Source: Halomicrobium mukohataei DSM 12286 (GTDB taxonomy: Archaea; Halobacteriota; Halobacteria; Halobacteriales; Haloarculaceae). Taken from it: DNA of 32,000 bases. The position numbers and the translations under genes are program-made. Numbering within the stretch: the first letter of the stretch is position 1; every line of letters starts with the position of its first letter. The DNA lies in the NCBI RefSeq assembly GCF_000023965.1, contig NC_013202.1, forward strand, positions 540,001 to 572,000, in the 5' to 3' direction. The notes under the pieces are model-generated. The model made no database searches. It was not told where the DNA came from and saw nothing but the letters and a program-made list of their open reading frames with translations. Below are positions 15,460 through 24,311 of this stretch, in pieces.

Positions 15460-16267
15460 CGAACGATCCGCCGCCGCCGACGCACCGAGCGGCGACGACC
15501 AGTCGGCCGCAGACGGCCCGACCACCGACGCCCCCCAGACGACTGACGACCCCGATTCGGCGGACGACTCGCCGACGGCCGACAGCGCCGTGATCCTCGC
15601 CTCCGGGGGGATGGACAGCGCGACAGCGGCATACGAGGCCGTGGATCGGGGGTACGAGGCGCTGTACCTCCTGCACACGAGCTACGGCCAGGCGACCGAA
15701 GAGACCGAGCGCGCGTGTGCCCAGGCGCTCGCCGACCACGTCGACGCGGCCGACTTCCTCCACGTCGAGACCGGCCACCTCGCACAGATCGGGGCCTCCT
15801 CGCTGACCGACGAAGAGATGGCCGTAGACGACGCCGATCTGGACAGCGACGAGATCCCGACCTCATACGTCCCCTTCCGGAACGCGAACCTCCTGTCGAT
15901 GGCCGTCTCCTACGCCGAGGCCAACGACTGCTCGGCGATCTTCATCGGCGCACACAGCGAGGACTTCTCGGGGTATCCCGACTGCCGCCCGCAGTTCTTC
16001 GACGCCTTCCAGCAGGTGATCGACGCCGGGACGAAACCCGAGACCGAGATCGAACTGGTCGCGCCCTTCGTCGAGTGGTCCAAGACCGACATCGCCGAGC
16101 GCGGCCTCGAACTCGGGGTGCCCTACGAGGACACCTGGAGTTGCTACCGCGAGTCCCCGCCGGCCTGTGGCACCTGTGACGCCTGCGCCTTCCGGCTCCA
16201 GGCCTTCCAGAACCTCGGCGAGCGCGACCCCGTCGAGTACGCCGAGCGCCCCGACTACACGGAGTAG
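15452..16267 (+). CDS. queC: 7-cyano-7-deazaguanine synthase, with a possible 46-aa acidic N-terminal extension
   Basis: AVILASGGMDSATAAY (PP-loop) and a C-terminal CYRESPPACGTCDACAFR zinc motif. The ATG at 15452 overlaps the folE stop (atgagtga). An in-frame GTG at 15590 is an alternative start. Confidence 0.85.
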   Translation: MSDERSAAADAPSGDDQSAADGPTTDAPQTTDDPDSADDSPTADSAVILASGGMDSATAAYEAVDRGYEALYLLHTSYGQATEETERACAQALADHVDAADFLHVETGHLAQIGASSLTDEEMAVDDADLDSDEIPTSYVPFRNANLLSMAVSYAEANDCSAIFIGAHSEDFSGYPDCRPQFFDAFQQVIDAGTKPETEIELVAPFVEWSKTDIAERGLELGVPYEDTWSCYRESPPACGTCDACAFRLQAFQNLGERDPVEYAERPDYTE

Positions 16268-16350
16268 GGAGCCAGAGGACCGTCGCGGGATTTTCGTTCG
16301 ACAGACTGTGGACCGGCCGGTCAGTCGGGGAGCAGACGACCCTTTTCATC

Positions 16351-16378
16351 GTCGAGTGCCCTCGCTTCGCTCGCCCGG
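16351..16378. repeat. GC-rich tcgcttcgctc motif locus, related to the 57-nt insert of the tandem array
   Basis: gtcgagtgccctcgcttcgctcgcccgg aligns with gtcgagccctcgctcgcttcgctcgcgagg at 1335-1364 (and 1541-1570). Confidence 0.6.
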
Positions 16379-16456
16379 ATGCTGTTGCGCCGCGCTTCAC
16401 CAGGACTGGCTAAAGAAGAGCGTCGATTCGCGCGAACTCGACCCGATTGCGTCGCT

Positions 16457-16843
16457 TCAGGACTCGACGCCCGTCTCTGTGGCCAAGCCGTCGAGCAGGT
16501 ACACCGCGCCGGTCTCGGTCGTCGCCAGGGGCACGTCGTGAACGTCACAGATCCGCAGGAGCGCCGAGATGTCCGGTTCGTGTGGCTGGGCGGTCTGGGG
16601 ATCCCGCAGGAAGACGATGCCGTCGATCCGGCCGTCGACGACCTCGGCACCGATCTGGGTGTCGCCCCCGACCGGTCCCGACTCCTTGCGTTCGACGGTC
16701 AGGTTCGTCTCCTCGGTGATGCGCTTGCCGGTGGTGCCGGTCCCGACGAGTTCGAACGTCGAAAGCAGGTCCTCGTACTCCCGTGCCAGGTCGATGATGG
16801 CCGGCTTCTTCTCGTCGTGTGCGATGAGCGCGACGCGCGTCAT
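16457..16843 (-). CDS. mgsA: Methylglyoxal synthase
   Basis: [20 protein letters not shown]...[11 protein letters not shown]...[11 protein letters not shown]...[34 protein letters not shown]. Confidence 0.85.
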   Translation of the reverse strand: MTRVALIAHDEKKPAIIDLAREYEDLLSTFELVGTGTTGKRITEETNLTVERKESGPVGGDTQIGAEVVDGRIDGIVFLRDPQTAQPHEPDISALLRICDVHDVPLATTETGAVYLLDGLATETGVES

Positions 16844-16894
16844 AGCGAGTGGGTGGTACCCCTCGTCTATAGGTGTGATGCACGCCGCCGGGGA

Positions 16895-17158
16895 CTACTC
16901 GACGGCCACGTCGCCGTCGCTGGTGACGGTCACGTCGTACCCCTCGACCGCGAAGGTGATCGCCTCGTCGCTGCCGTTGACGACCGCAGCCAGCTCGTCG
17001 GCGTCGACGTAGCTCCCGAGATCGTCGATCTCCGCCGCCGTCAAGTCGCTGGCCGAGCGCAGCGACTCGACGATCACGTCTTCGGCCGGCGTCGGACTGA
17101 CCCACTCGTCCCCGGTGTCCCCACGAATCATGTACACTGTGCTGTCGTCCGAGTCCAT
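16895..17158 (-). CDS. Small acidic protein, HalOD1-like output domain (87 aa)
   Basis: Start chosen at MDSDDSTVYMIRGDTGDEWVSPTPAEDVIVESL...LGSYVDADELAAV. It resembles the haloarchaeal HalOD1 family as I recall it. Confidence 0.55.
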   Translation of the reverse strand: MDSDDSTVYMIRGDTGDEWVSPTPAEDVIVESLRSASDLTAAEIDDLGSYVDADELAAVVNGSDEAITFAVEGYDVTVTSDGDVAVE

Positions 17159-17440
17159 ACACGGTCGAACGACCCCGACACATATAATCCGGCACCAGTA
17201 GTTTCTGGCTCTGAAACAACCGGAAACAACGCCACTCCGCCGTCGGCATCGAGCGTCGTGACTGGGCGAGAGCGAAAATAGGTCGGCCGCGAACAGCGCG
17301 TGCCGACCCAGTGACCAGACTGACGAATCCGGGCAGCCGTTCTCGCAGTGTACGGGAGCCGCTGCCCTGGCATCACCTCCGAAGTGATGCAGTTGTGCGG
17401 TACACGGCACCGCGTCATAGTTCTTTCGCCGGCCGGCCGG

Positions 17441-17483
17441 CGTCGGAGTCACGACCGGCCACCAGAGGGACAGCTGGCAATTC
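17441..17483. repeat. Partial S-type element (centre plus right arm) directly abutting copy 3
   Basis: gtcggagtcacgaccggccaccagagggacagctggcaattc parallels gtcgagtcgcaacgacccgccacgaaggggacagctggcagtatc of the adjacent full copy. Confidence 0.6.
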
Positions 17484-17552
17484 CATACTGCCACCTGTCC
17501 GTCCAGGTCGAGTCGCAACGACCCGCCACGAAGGGGACAGCTGGCAGTATCA
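17484..17552. repeat. Long-hairpin palindromic element, S-type copy 3
   Basis: catactgccacctgtcc (17484-17500) pairs with ggacagctggcagtatca (17535-17552) with one mismatch. The terminal tca at 17550-17552 is the stop codon of the dUTPase-family gene. Confidence 0.75.
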
Positions 17553-18014
17553 GTCGAGTTTCTCGTGCTGGTAAGAACCCTCGTAGGTCTCCTCGTGGGC
17601 GGCCTCAGCGAGGACGAACTGTGCGATCCGGGCGTCCGCTTCGAGTTCGATCTCGTGGTGGACTTCGAGCAGTCCCTCGCCGCGGCCCTCGTAGCCGGCG
17701 TCCCAGACCGCAGTGTGGAGCATACAGGAGTTGCGCATCAGCGACGACCGCGGGTAGACGAAGCCGACGTGGCCTTCGGGAACGGCGACCCGTTCACCGT
17801 ACTCGGCGACGTACGCGCCCGGTTCGAGCCGATAAACGCCGTCGTCGGGATCGATCTCCGTCCGGTCACCGACGTGCTTGTCGCCGCGTTCGATGCGACC
17901 CGGCTCGACCTGTTCGGACACCGCCGCGAGCGTCAGGTCGACGCCGTTGGGCTGGACCTGTTCTGGTCGCAGGTCACCCAGCGCCTCGGCGACGAAACGT
18001 CCGCTCTTGTACAT
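17550..18014 (-). CDS. dut: dCTP deaminase/dUTPase-family protein (archaeal dUTPase-like, 154 aa)
   Basis: Start chosen at MYKSGRFVAE. VQPNGVDLTL, GFVYPRSSLMRNS and AVWDAGYEGRGE motifs of the trimeric dUTPase/dCTP deaminase fold. Confidence 0.75.
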   Translation of the reverse strand: MYKSGRFVAEALGDLRPEQVQPNGVDLTLAAVSEQVEPGRIERGDKHVGDRTEIDPDDGVYRLEPGAYVAEYGERVAVPEGHVGFVYPRSSLMRNSCMLHTAVWDAGYEGRGEGLLEVHHEIELEADARIAQFVLAEAAHEETYEGSYQHEKLD

Positions 18015-18244
18015 GCCCCATCGGTCGGTAACCAGCGTGATGAGCCTTCCGAGACCGGCACGTCGAACCGGGGGACGCGAGGCGGATCCGGATGAACAAT
18101 GGTTCGGATTTCCCGAGCAGTATCGAACGATCGGCAAAGATCGTCGGCGAGAGTCACGAGAAACTGAGCAGATCCGGAAGCAGACCGGCACAAAAGGCCA
18201 CAATTCGGCAGACACCGCTCGAAAACTCGCGGGAATACGCGGGA

Positions 18245-18250
18245 TTTATA
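18245..18250 (+). promoter_or_regulatory. TATA box for the aconitase gene
   Basis: tttata lies 28-33 nt upstream of the ATG at 18278. Confidence 0.45.
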
Positions 18251-18277
18251 CGCGCGCGCCGTCGACTCACGGACGTT

Positions 18278-20254
18278 ATGGGACAGACGCTCACGGAGAA
18301 AATCCTCGACGATCACCTCGTCGAAGGCGAACTCACGCCCGGCGAGGAGATCGGGATCGAGATCGATCAGGTGCTGACACAGGACACGACTGGAACGCTC
18401 GTGTGGCTCCAGTTCGAAGCGCTGGGACTCGAAGAGGTCCAGACGGAACTGGCCGCACAGTACTGTGACCACCAGACCTACCAGTTCGACTTCAAGAACA
18501 CGGACGACCACCGCTTCCTGCGCTCGGCCGCTGGGACCTTCGGTGCCCACTTCTCCCGGCCCGGCAACGGTATCTGTCACAACGTCCACAAGGAGAACTT
18601 CGCCGCGCCCGGCAAGACGATGCTCGGCTCGGACTCCCACACGCCGACCCCCGGCGGACTGGGCGAGCTCGCGATCGGCTCGGGCGGCCTCGACGTGGCC
18701 GTCGCCATGGGTGGCGGTGCCTACTACATCGACATGCCCGAGGTCGTCAACGTCCGCCTGGAAGGCGAGCTGCCCGAGTGGGCGACCGCCAAGGACGTCA
18801 TCCTCGAACTGCTCCGCCGGCTCTCGGTCAAGGGCGGCGTCGGCAAGGTGCTCGAATACACCGGCCCCGGCGTCGAGAGCCTGACCGTCCCCGAGCGGAC
18901 GACCATCACCAACATGGGGACCGAGCTCGGCGCGACCACCTCGATCTTCCCGACCGACGAGAACACGGAGGACTACCTCTCGCGCCTCGGTCGCGACGAG
19001 GAGTACGTCGAGCTCCAGCCCGACGACGACGCCGAGTACGCCGACGAGATCGTCGTCGACCTCTCGGACCTCGAACCGCTCATCGCACAGCCGTCCATGC
19101 CCGACAACGTCGTCCCGGTCGAAGAGGTCGAGGGCGTCGACGTCGAGCAGGTCATGATCGGCTCCTGTACGAACGGTGCCTACGAGGACATTCTGCCCTC
19201 GGCGAAGATGCTGGAAGGTCGCAACGTCGACAAGAAGACCGAGATGATCGTCGCGCCCGGCTCCAAGCAGGCCTCCGAGATGCTGGCCCGTGAGGGCTGG
19301 ACCGCGGAGATGATGGCCGCTGGCGTCAACTTCTCGGAAGCGACGTGTGGTGCCTGTATCGGCATCGGTCACGTCCCGGCTTCGGACTCGGTCTCGCTGC
19401 GGACCTTCAACCGCAACTTCGAGGGTCGCTCCGGTATCGAGGACGACTCCGTCTACCTCTGTTCGCCCGAGGTCGCCACCGCGGCGGCACTCAAAGGCGA
19501 AATCGTCGACCCGCGCAACCTCGCCGACGAACTCGGCGATCTGGACGCGCCGGGCATCGAACTGCCCGACGAGTACATCGGCAACTCCGAGTCGGACCTC
19601 ATCGCGCCCGACGAGGCCGTCGACGACGAGCTCATCAAGGGCCCGAACATCGGCGACGTGCCCCTGAAGGACCCGCTCGGGCCGGACATCGAGGGTGAGG
19701 CGCTCCTCAAGATGGAGGACAACATCACCACCGACCACATCATCCCGGCGACGGCGGACATCCTCAAGTTCCGCTCGAACATCGACAAGCTCTCTGACTT
19801 CACGCTCTCGCGTGTCGACGACACCTTCGCACAGCGCGCGAAGGACAACGACGGCGGCGTCCTCGTCGCAGGCGAGAACTACGGGCAGGGCTCCTCGCGC
19901 GAACACGCGGCCCTCTGTCCGATGTATCTCGGCATCGACGCCGTCCTCGCACAGAGCTTCGCCCGCATCCACAAGGCGAACCTCTTCAACTTCGGGATCG
20001 TTCCCCTGGAGATCGACGCGGACACCTACGAGCAGATCGAGCAGGGCGACGACATCGAGATCGTCACCGACGTGGCCGACGCCATCCAGTCCGGCGAAAC
20101 GGAGTTCACCATCCGTGTCAACGACGACTGGGAAGCAAGCGCCACGCTGGACGCCTCCGATCGCGAGCGACGGTTCCTCGCCTCCGGTGGCAAGCTCACC
20201 CACACGAAACAGCAGTACGAGGACGACAGCGGCGCTGCGCCCGCGGACGATTAG
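18278..20254 (+). CDS. acn: Aconitate hydratase (658 aa, fused large and small domains)
   Basis: MGQTLTEKILDDHLV, GSDSHTPTPGGLG, IGSCTNG, CGACIG and GENYGQGSSREHAA motifs. Confidence 0.85.
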   Translation: MGQTLTEKILDDHLVEGELTPGEEIGIEIDQVLTQDTTGTLVWLQFEALGLEEVQTELAAQYCDHQTYQFDFKNTDDHRFLRSAAGTFGAHFSRPGNGICHNVHKENFAAPGKTMLGSDSHTPTPGGLGELAIGSGGLDVAVAMGGGAYYIDMPEVVNVRLEGELPEWATAKDVILELLRRLSVKGGVGKVLEYTGPGVESLTVPERTTITNMGTELGATTSIFPTDENTEDYLSRLGRDEEYVELQPDDDAEYADEIVVDLSDLEPLIAQPSMPDNVVPVEEVEGVDVEQVMIGSCTNGAYEDILPSAKMLEGRNVDKKTEMIVAPGSKQASEMLAREGWTAEMMAAGVNFSEATCGACIGIGHVPASDSVSLRTFNRNFEGRSGIEDDSVYLCSPEVATAAALKGEIVDPRNLADELGDLDAPGIELPDEYIGNSESDLIAPDEAVDDELIKGPNIGDVPLKDPLGPDIEGEALLKMEDNITTDHIIPATADILKFRSNIDKLSDFTLSRVDDTFAQRAKDNDGGVLVAGENYGQGSSREHAALCPMYLGIDAVLAQSFARIHKANLFNFGIVPLEIDADTYEQIEQGDDIEIVTDVADAIQSGETEFTIRVNDDWEASATLDASDRERRFLASGGKLTHTKQQYEDDSGAAPADD

Positions 20255-20258
20255 AGCG

Positions 20259-20284
20259 AGGGTCTGACCGCAGGGAAGACCCTC
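20259..20284 (+). terminator. Hairpin immediately after the aconitase stop codon
   Basis: gagggtct (20259-20266) pairs with agaccctc (20277-20284). Confidence 0.3.
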
Positions 20285-20290
20285 GATTAA

Positions 20291-20353
20291 GCGAACGCAG
20301 AGCGAAGCGATGCGTGAGCAGTGAGACGCCGAGCGCGGCGAGGGGTCTCCGAC
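20291..20353. repeat. GC-rich gagcgaagcga motif locus (reverse orientation), related to the 57-nt insert
   Basis: It contains gagcgaagcga, the reverse complement of tcgcttcgctc, and ends in gtctccgac. The insert plus its flank at 1298-1362 has the same order and similar spacing on the opposite strand. Confidence 0.45.
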
Positions 20354-20403
20354 AAAGCCAAGCGGTGTACCGCCGCGGCGAGCGCGACGGCACTCACACT
20401 TCG

Positions 20404-20413
20404 TTTTTCTTTT
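20404..20413 (+). terminator. Oligo-T tract
   Basis: tttttctttt is the only long T run between the aconitase and GNAT genes. Archaeal termination commonly uses oligo-T. Confidence 0.35.
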
Positions 20414-20483
20414 GGGAGCGCGACCAGGCGCGGGGTTGGCCAGGAGCCCGAATCTTGATACGTGCGGCCTCGACAGTCGGTGT

Positions 20484-21650
20484 ATGGGCACGTTCCGTAG
20501 CGTCACCGAAGACGAGCGGGCGACACACCAGCGGATCAAAGATCACGTCTGGGGCGAGGGCGGCGTCCCCGATCCGGACGAGACGGTGCCGCGGGCGCTG
20601 GGCGAGCGGTGGGCCTACGTCGAAGACGGGCGGTTCCGCTCGATCTGTGCGCTGCTGGAGATCGACGTGCGTCTCGCGGGGGAATGGCGCACCATCGGCG
20701 GGATCAGGGGATTCGTCACGCCGCCGGAGCACCGCGGGCAGGGATACGGACGGCGGCTCCTGCGTGGGGCCGTCGCGGAGTTCGCCGACCGCGGACTGTC
20801 CTACGCGGTCCTGTGGCCCGCGTCGATCGACTACTACCGGGAGCGCGGGTGGGGACTGGTCCACACCGAGACGGCCTACGCCTTCCCACCGGAGGCGATG
20901 GCAGATCCCGGCCCAGCGGGACGCTTCGAGCGCGTCGGCCCGGACGACTTCGGACGCCTCGAAGCGGTGTGGGAGACCGAAGCCAGCGACTACGAGCTGG
21001 CGCTCCGACGGACCGGGCAGTGGTGGCGAGAGCGGGTGCTCGACGATGCATGGGCCTACACCTGGACGCCGGACGGGGACGACGAGCCCGCGGGCTACGT
21101 CGTCTACAGGCTCAACCGCGACGCCGAGACGCTGACCGTCGAGGAGCTGGCCGTCCGGAGCGAGCGGGCGCGCCGACAGCTGCTTGGCTTCCTCGAACGC
21201 CACGCTCCACAGGCCGACCGCGTGGAGTGGACGTGTCCGCGGGAACGGCGGCTGCTCAGAGAGGCGGCCGATCCCGACGCCGTCGAGGCGTCGGTCGAGC
21301 CGGGGGCGAGCGGATACGTCGTCGACGTACCGGCGGCGATCGAGACGCTCCCCGCCGAGCGAGGGCCGGCGAAGGCGGTGACGATCGAGGTGACCGATCC
21401 ACTCGCGCCCCGCAACGACGGGCAGTTTCGAGTCGAGCCGGACATGACGTGCCGGCCGCTCGAAACCGGAGCGACCATCGACGATCCCGGTCTCGTGGTC
21501 GACGCCGCCGTCCTGGCGCAGTTGTACGTCGGAACGCTGTCGATCGAGACGGCGGCGGCCCGCGAGATCGTGACTGCGACCGACGACGCCGTGGCTGCGC
21601 TGAGCGAGACGTTCGGAGCGCGGGACGTGTACGTGAGCGATTTCTTCTAG
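20484..21650 (+). CDS. GNAT acetyltransferase with a C-terminal extension (Eis-like architecture, 388 aa)
   Basis: Start chosen at MGTFRSVTEDE. GIRGFVTPPEHRGQGYGRRLL is the acetyl-CoA motif. The long C-terminal region resembles Eis/SCP2-type enzymes. Confidence 0.7.
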   Translation: MGTFRSVTEDERATHQRIKDHVWGEGGVPDPDETVPRALGERWAYVEDGRFRSICALLEIDVRLAGEWRTIGGIRGFVTPPEHRGQGYGRRLLRGAVAEFADRGLSYAVLWPASIDYYRERGWGLVHTETAYAFPPEAMADPGPAGRFERVGPDDFGRLEAVWETEASDYELALRRTGQWWRERVLDDAWAYTWTPDGDDEPAGYVVYRLNRDAETLTVEELAVRSERARRQLLGFLERHAPQADRVEWTCPRERRLLREAADPDAVEASVEPGASGYVVDVPAAIETLPAERGPAKAVTIEVTDPLAPRNDGQFRVEPDMTCRPLETGATIDDPGLVVDAAVLAQLYVGTLSIETAAAREIVTATDDAVAALSETFGARDVYVSDFF

Positions 21651-21957
21651 TGGTGTCGGTGGGTACCGGTTCGAGAGAGACGCGACTCGGTGGTCGCGAG
21701 AGGGGTCACAGAGAGCGAGTCGCCAAAACGAAAGTGGGGTGGGATGGTTGGGGGGATGTGGGGGTAGCACCCAGTTGGGTGCGTATACTCTTGCGTCCTT
21801 GATAGTTAAGAGCTTTTTGGCACGATGTGAGACGTACACGCCGGTCGCAGGAGCGAACATGTCGTGTCTCGGTGATCCCAAGAATAGAGGGTGTATCGAT
21901 CACCGGGAACCCCGGAGGCCGCCATCCATTAGTGAGCCCGCGACGTAGAGAGAGGCA

Positions 21958-22449
21958 GTGACGACCGTTCCCGACAGCGATACGGAGCCGCCGACGGTCC
22001 GTCCCGCGACGCGGTCGGACCTGCTGGCGGTCCATCGGATCGAGTCGGCCTCGTTCCCACAGCCCTGGCCGTTCTCCGCGTTCGAGAGCTACGTCGGCGA
22101 ACCCGGCTTCCTGGTCGCCGTCGACGAGCGCGACGACGACCCCGAACTGCTGGGTTACGTCGTCGCCGACACCGTCCCCAACCACGGGACGCCGCTTGGC
22201 CACGTCAAGGACCTCGCGGTCGAGGAAGCGTACCGCGGACAGGGGATCGGTCGACGACTGCTCCGGCGTGCCATCGACGTGCTCGAAGACGCCGGAACGG
22301 GCTCGGTCAAGCTCGAAGTCCGGGTCACCAACACGGCCGCGCGCTCGCTGTACCGGTCGTTTGGCTTCGAACACCGCCGGACGATCCCCAACTACTACGG
22401 CAACGGCGAGGACGCACTGGTGATGATCCGGGCGCTTGACGACGGGTGA
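21958..22449 (+). CDS. rimI: RimI/Ard1-type N-terminal acetyltransferase (163 aa), GTG start
   Basis: HRIESASFPQPWPFSAFES, LAVEEAYRGQGIGRRLL and SLYRSFGFEHRRTIPNYYGNGEDALVM. Confidence 0.75.
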   Translation: MTTVPDSDTEPPTVRPATRSDLLAVHRIESASFPQPWPFSAFESYVGEPGFLVAVDERDDDPELLGYVVADTVPNHGTPLGHVKDLAVEEAYRGQGIGRRLLRRAIDVLEDAGTGSVKLEVRVTNTAARSLYRSFGFEHRRTIPNYYGNGEDALVMIRALDDG

Positions 22450-22456
22450 TCGACAG

Positions 22457-22462
22457 TTTATA
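22457..22462 (+). promoter_or_regulatory. TATA box upstream of the 22488 ATG
   Basis: tttata lies 26-31 nt upstream of the ATG. Confidence 0.45.
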
Positions 22463-22487
22463 CCCGTCTCGGGCACGCTGTCCCCGT

Positions 22488-22874
22488 ATGGGCTATGCCT
22501 GCCCCGTCTGCGAGGAGCCACAGGCCGACGCCGGCCACCTGGCGAACCACCTCGCGTTCACGGCGCTGACCGGCGGCGACGACCACGAGGACTGGCTCGA
22601 CGAACACGTTCCCGAGTGGGGCGAGTTCGGCGAGGACGAACTCGCCGCCGAGGTGATCGAACTGGCCGACGAGACGGAGTTTCCCTTCGAGGCCGACGGC
22701 CACGACCACCAGCACGAGCACGATCACGGCCACGAGGTCGACCCCCAGCAGGCCCGTCAGCGCGCCACCGGCGAGCTGGACGACGAGGCCGAGTCGATCC
22801 TGCGCGAGGCCCGCGAGATGACCGAGTCGATGCACGACGAGGACGACACGAGCGACGCAGACGAAACCGAGTAG
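22488..22874 (+). CDS. Small zinc-finger-like acidic protein (DUF5810-like, 128 aa)
   Basis: MGYACPVCEEPQADAGHLANHLAFTAL, then a His/Asp-rich segment (DGHDHQHEHDHGHE) and an acidic tail. Confidence 0.6.
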   Translation: MGYACPVCEEPQADAGHLANHLAFTALTGGDDHEDWLDEHVPEWGEFGEDELAAEVIELADETEFPFEADGHDHQHEHDHGHEVDPQQARQRATGELDDEAESILREAREMTESMHDEDDTSDADETE

Positions 22875-22897
22875 TCCCCGCCAGACCAAGCGGGGGT

Positions 22898-23311
22898 ATG
22901 CACACCGAGGGGACGTTTTTACCGGAGACCGCCCGAGAGGCACGCGAGCGCTACGAGGCGCTGGGCTCGACGGCACAGGTCGTCGTCAAGGCCGTCGCCA
23001 AGTCGATGGCGTTCGACAGCGAAGAGTACGACGAGCGGGTGACCAGCGACGTCGTCGAGACGGCCCGCGAAGCCATGTTCGGCGAGGAGCTGGCGGTCCG
23101 TGTCGGTACCGCGGCGGAGTTCGAGGAGTGGCGCGAGACGGCCGACCACGAGGTCGAGGTCTTCGGTGCCGACAACGTCGACGCCGTCGCCTGGCACGCC
23201 CCGCCGTTCGCCGAGACCGCCGTCGCGGCGACGTTCCAGGAGGAGGAAGCGGCCGCCGTCGCGACGCTGCGCCGACAGGCCGTCGCTCGGATCTACCAGG
23301 ACGTGGTCTGA
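22898..23311 (+). CDS. Hypothetical acidic protein (DUF5809-like, 137 aa)
   Basis: MHTEGTFLPETAREARERYEALGSTAQVVVKAVAKSMAF... Its stop overlaps the next ATG (tgatg). Confidence 0.6.
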   Translation: MHTEGTFLPETAREARERYEALGSTAQVVVKAVAKSMAFDSEEYDERVTSDVVETAREAMFGEELAVRVGTAAEFEEWRETADHEVEVFGADNVDAVAWHAPPFAETAVAATFQEEEAAAVATLRRQAVARIYQDVV

Positions 23312-23748
23312 TGCGAACAGTCACCCGGAACCTCCTGCTCGGCATCGGGGTCGTCCTGGTCCTCTTGCTCGCGCTGGGGGCAGCGCCGTCGCTGCTTCGC
23401 AGCGGCGACCCCTACTACGTGAGTGCGACGCCGGTCGGCGAGGTCGACGCCAACGAGACGAACGTCACGAGCGGCCCGAACGCGACGGCCGTCGGCGGCG
23501 ACGCGCTCTCGGAGCGGACCCACCCGTTCACGACGACGGCAATCGCCGACGCGGGCGCGAATCAGACCGGCTACTCCGAGCCCTACTGGCGCGGTCCGGT
23601 CGGGATCAAGGGCGCGTTCACGCACTCGCCGTTCGACGAACTGGCGGCGCTACGGCAGCGCAACCCACGGGCGGCCGACGGCGAGTCGGTGCGACTGGCA
23701 CACAACGGGACGCTTTATCGTATCGGCGTCACACAGGATCGAGCATGA
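23311..23748 (+). CDS. Membrane-anchored hypothetical protein (145 aa)
   Basis: N-terminal TM helix LLLGIGVVLVLLLALGAAP. Its stop overlaps the NUDIX ATG (atga). Confidence 0.55.
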   Translation: MRTVTRNLLLGIGVVLVLLLALGAAPSLLRSGDPYYVSATPVGEVDANETNVTSGPNATAVGGDALSERTHPFTTTAIADAGANQTGYSEPYWRGPVGIKGAFTHSPFDELAALRQRNPRAADGESVRLAHNGTLYRIGVTQDRA

Positions 23749-24311
23749 GCCCGGATTCGAACCCCGACCCGAGCCGCCAGCCGAGCCACGAGTGGCCGAT
23801 CGTCGACTCCGAGACCGAGTACGAGACCGGCTGGTACACCGGCGGCTACGATCGCGTCCAACAGCCGGACGGGAGCGAGAAGTCCTACTACTGGGCGGAG
23901 CTGCCCGACGCCGTCGTGGTGGTCGCTCGCAGCGGCGACGAACTGATCCTAGTCGACCAGTACCGGCCGACGATCCGCGAGCAGTGTCTCGAGCTGCCGG
24001 CGGGCATCGTCGAGGACGGCGAGTCCTACACCGAGGCGGGCCGGCGCGAACTCCGCGAGGAGACCGGTTTCGATGCCGCCGGCATCTCCCTGCTGGAGGA
24101 GTTCTGGTGTTCGACCGGCGTCCTCAGACACCGGCGAGGGATCGTCTTCGCCGAGGGGCTGGAACCGGTCGAGTCGGATCTCGACGACAACGAGTTCCTC
24201 ACAGTCACGACCGTCCCGATCGCGGACGCGCTGGACGTGGCCCGCCGCGAACCGGCCAACGACGCCACGATCGAGGGGGTCCTGCTCGCGCGAGCGGAGG
24301 GGCTGTTGTGA
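23745..24311 (+). CDS. NUDIX hydrolase (188 aa)
   Basis: Nudix box GIVEDGESYTEAGRRELREETGF. Confidence 0.8.
   Translation: MSPDSNPDPSRQPSHEWPIVDSETEYETGWYTGGYDRVQQPDGSEKSYYWAELPDAVVVVARSGDELILVDQYRPTIREQCLELPAGIVEDGESYTEAGRRELREETGFDAAGISLLEEFWCSTGVLRHRRGIVFAEGLEPVESDLDDNEFLTVTTVPIADALDVARREPANDATIEGVLLARAEGLL

Noticed and set aside
17933-20539. 868-aa ORF on the minus strand
   Set aside because: It is antisense to a clear aconitase gene. It is rich in Arg/Gly/Val/Asp, as expected for stop-poor antisense frames in high-GC DNA, and it has no motifs.
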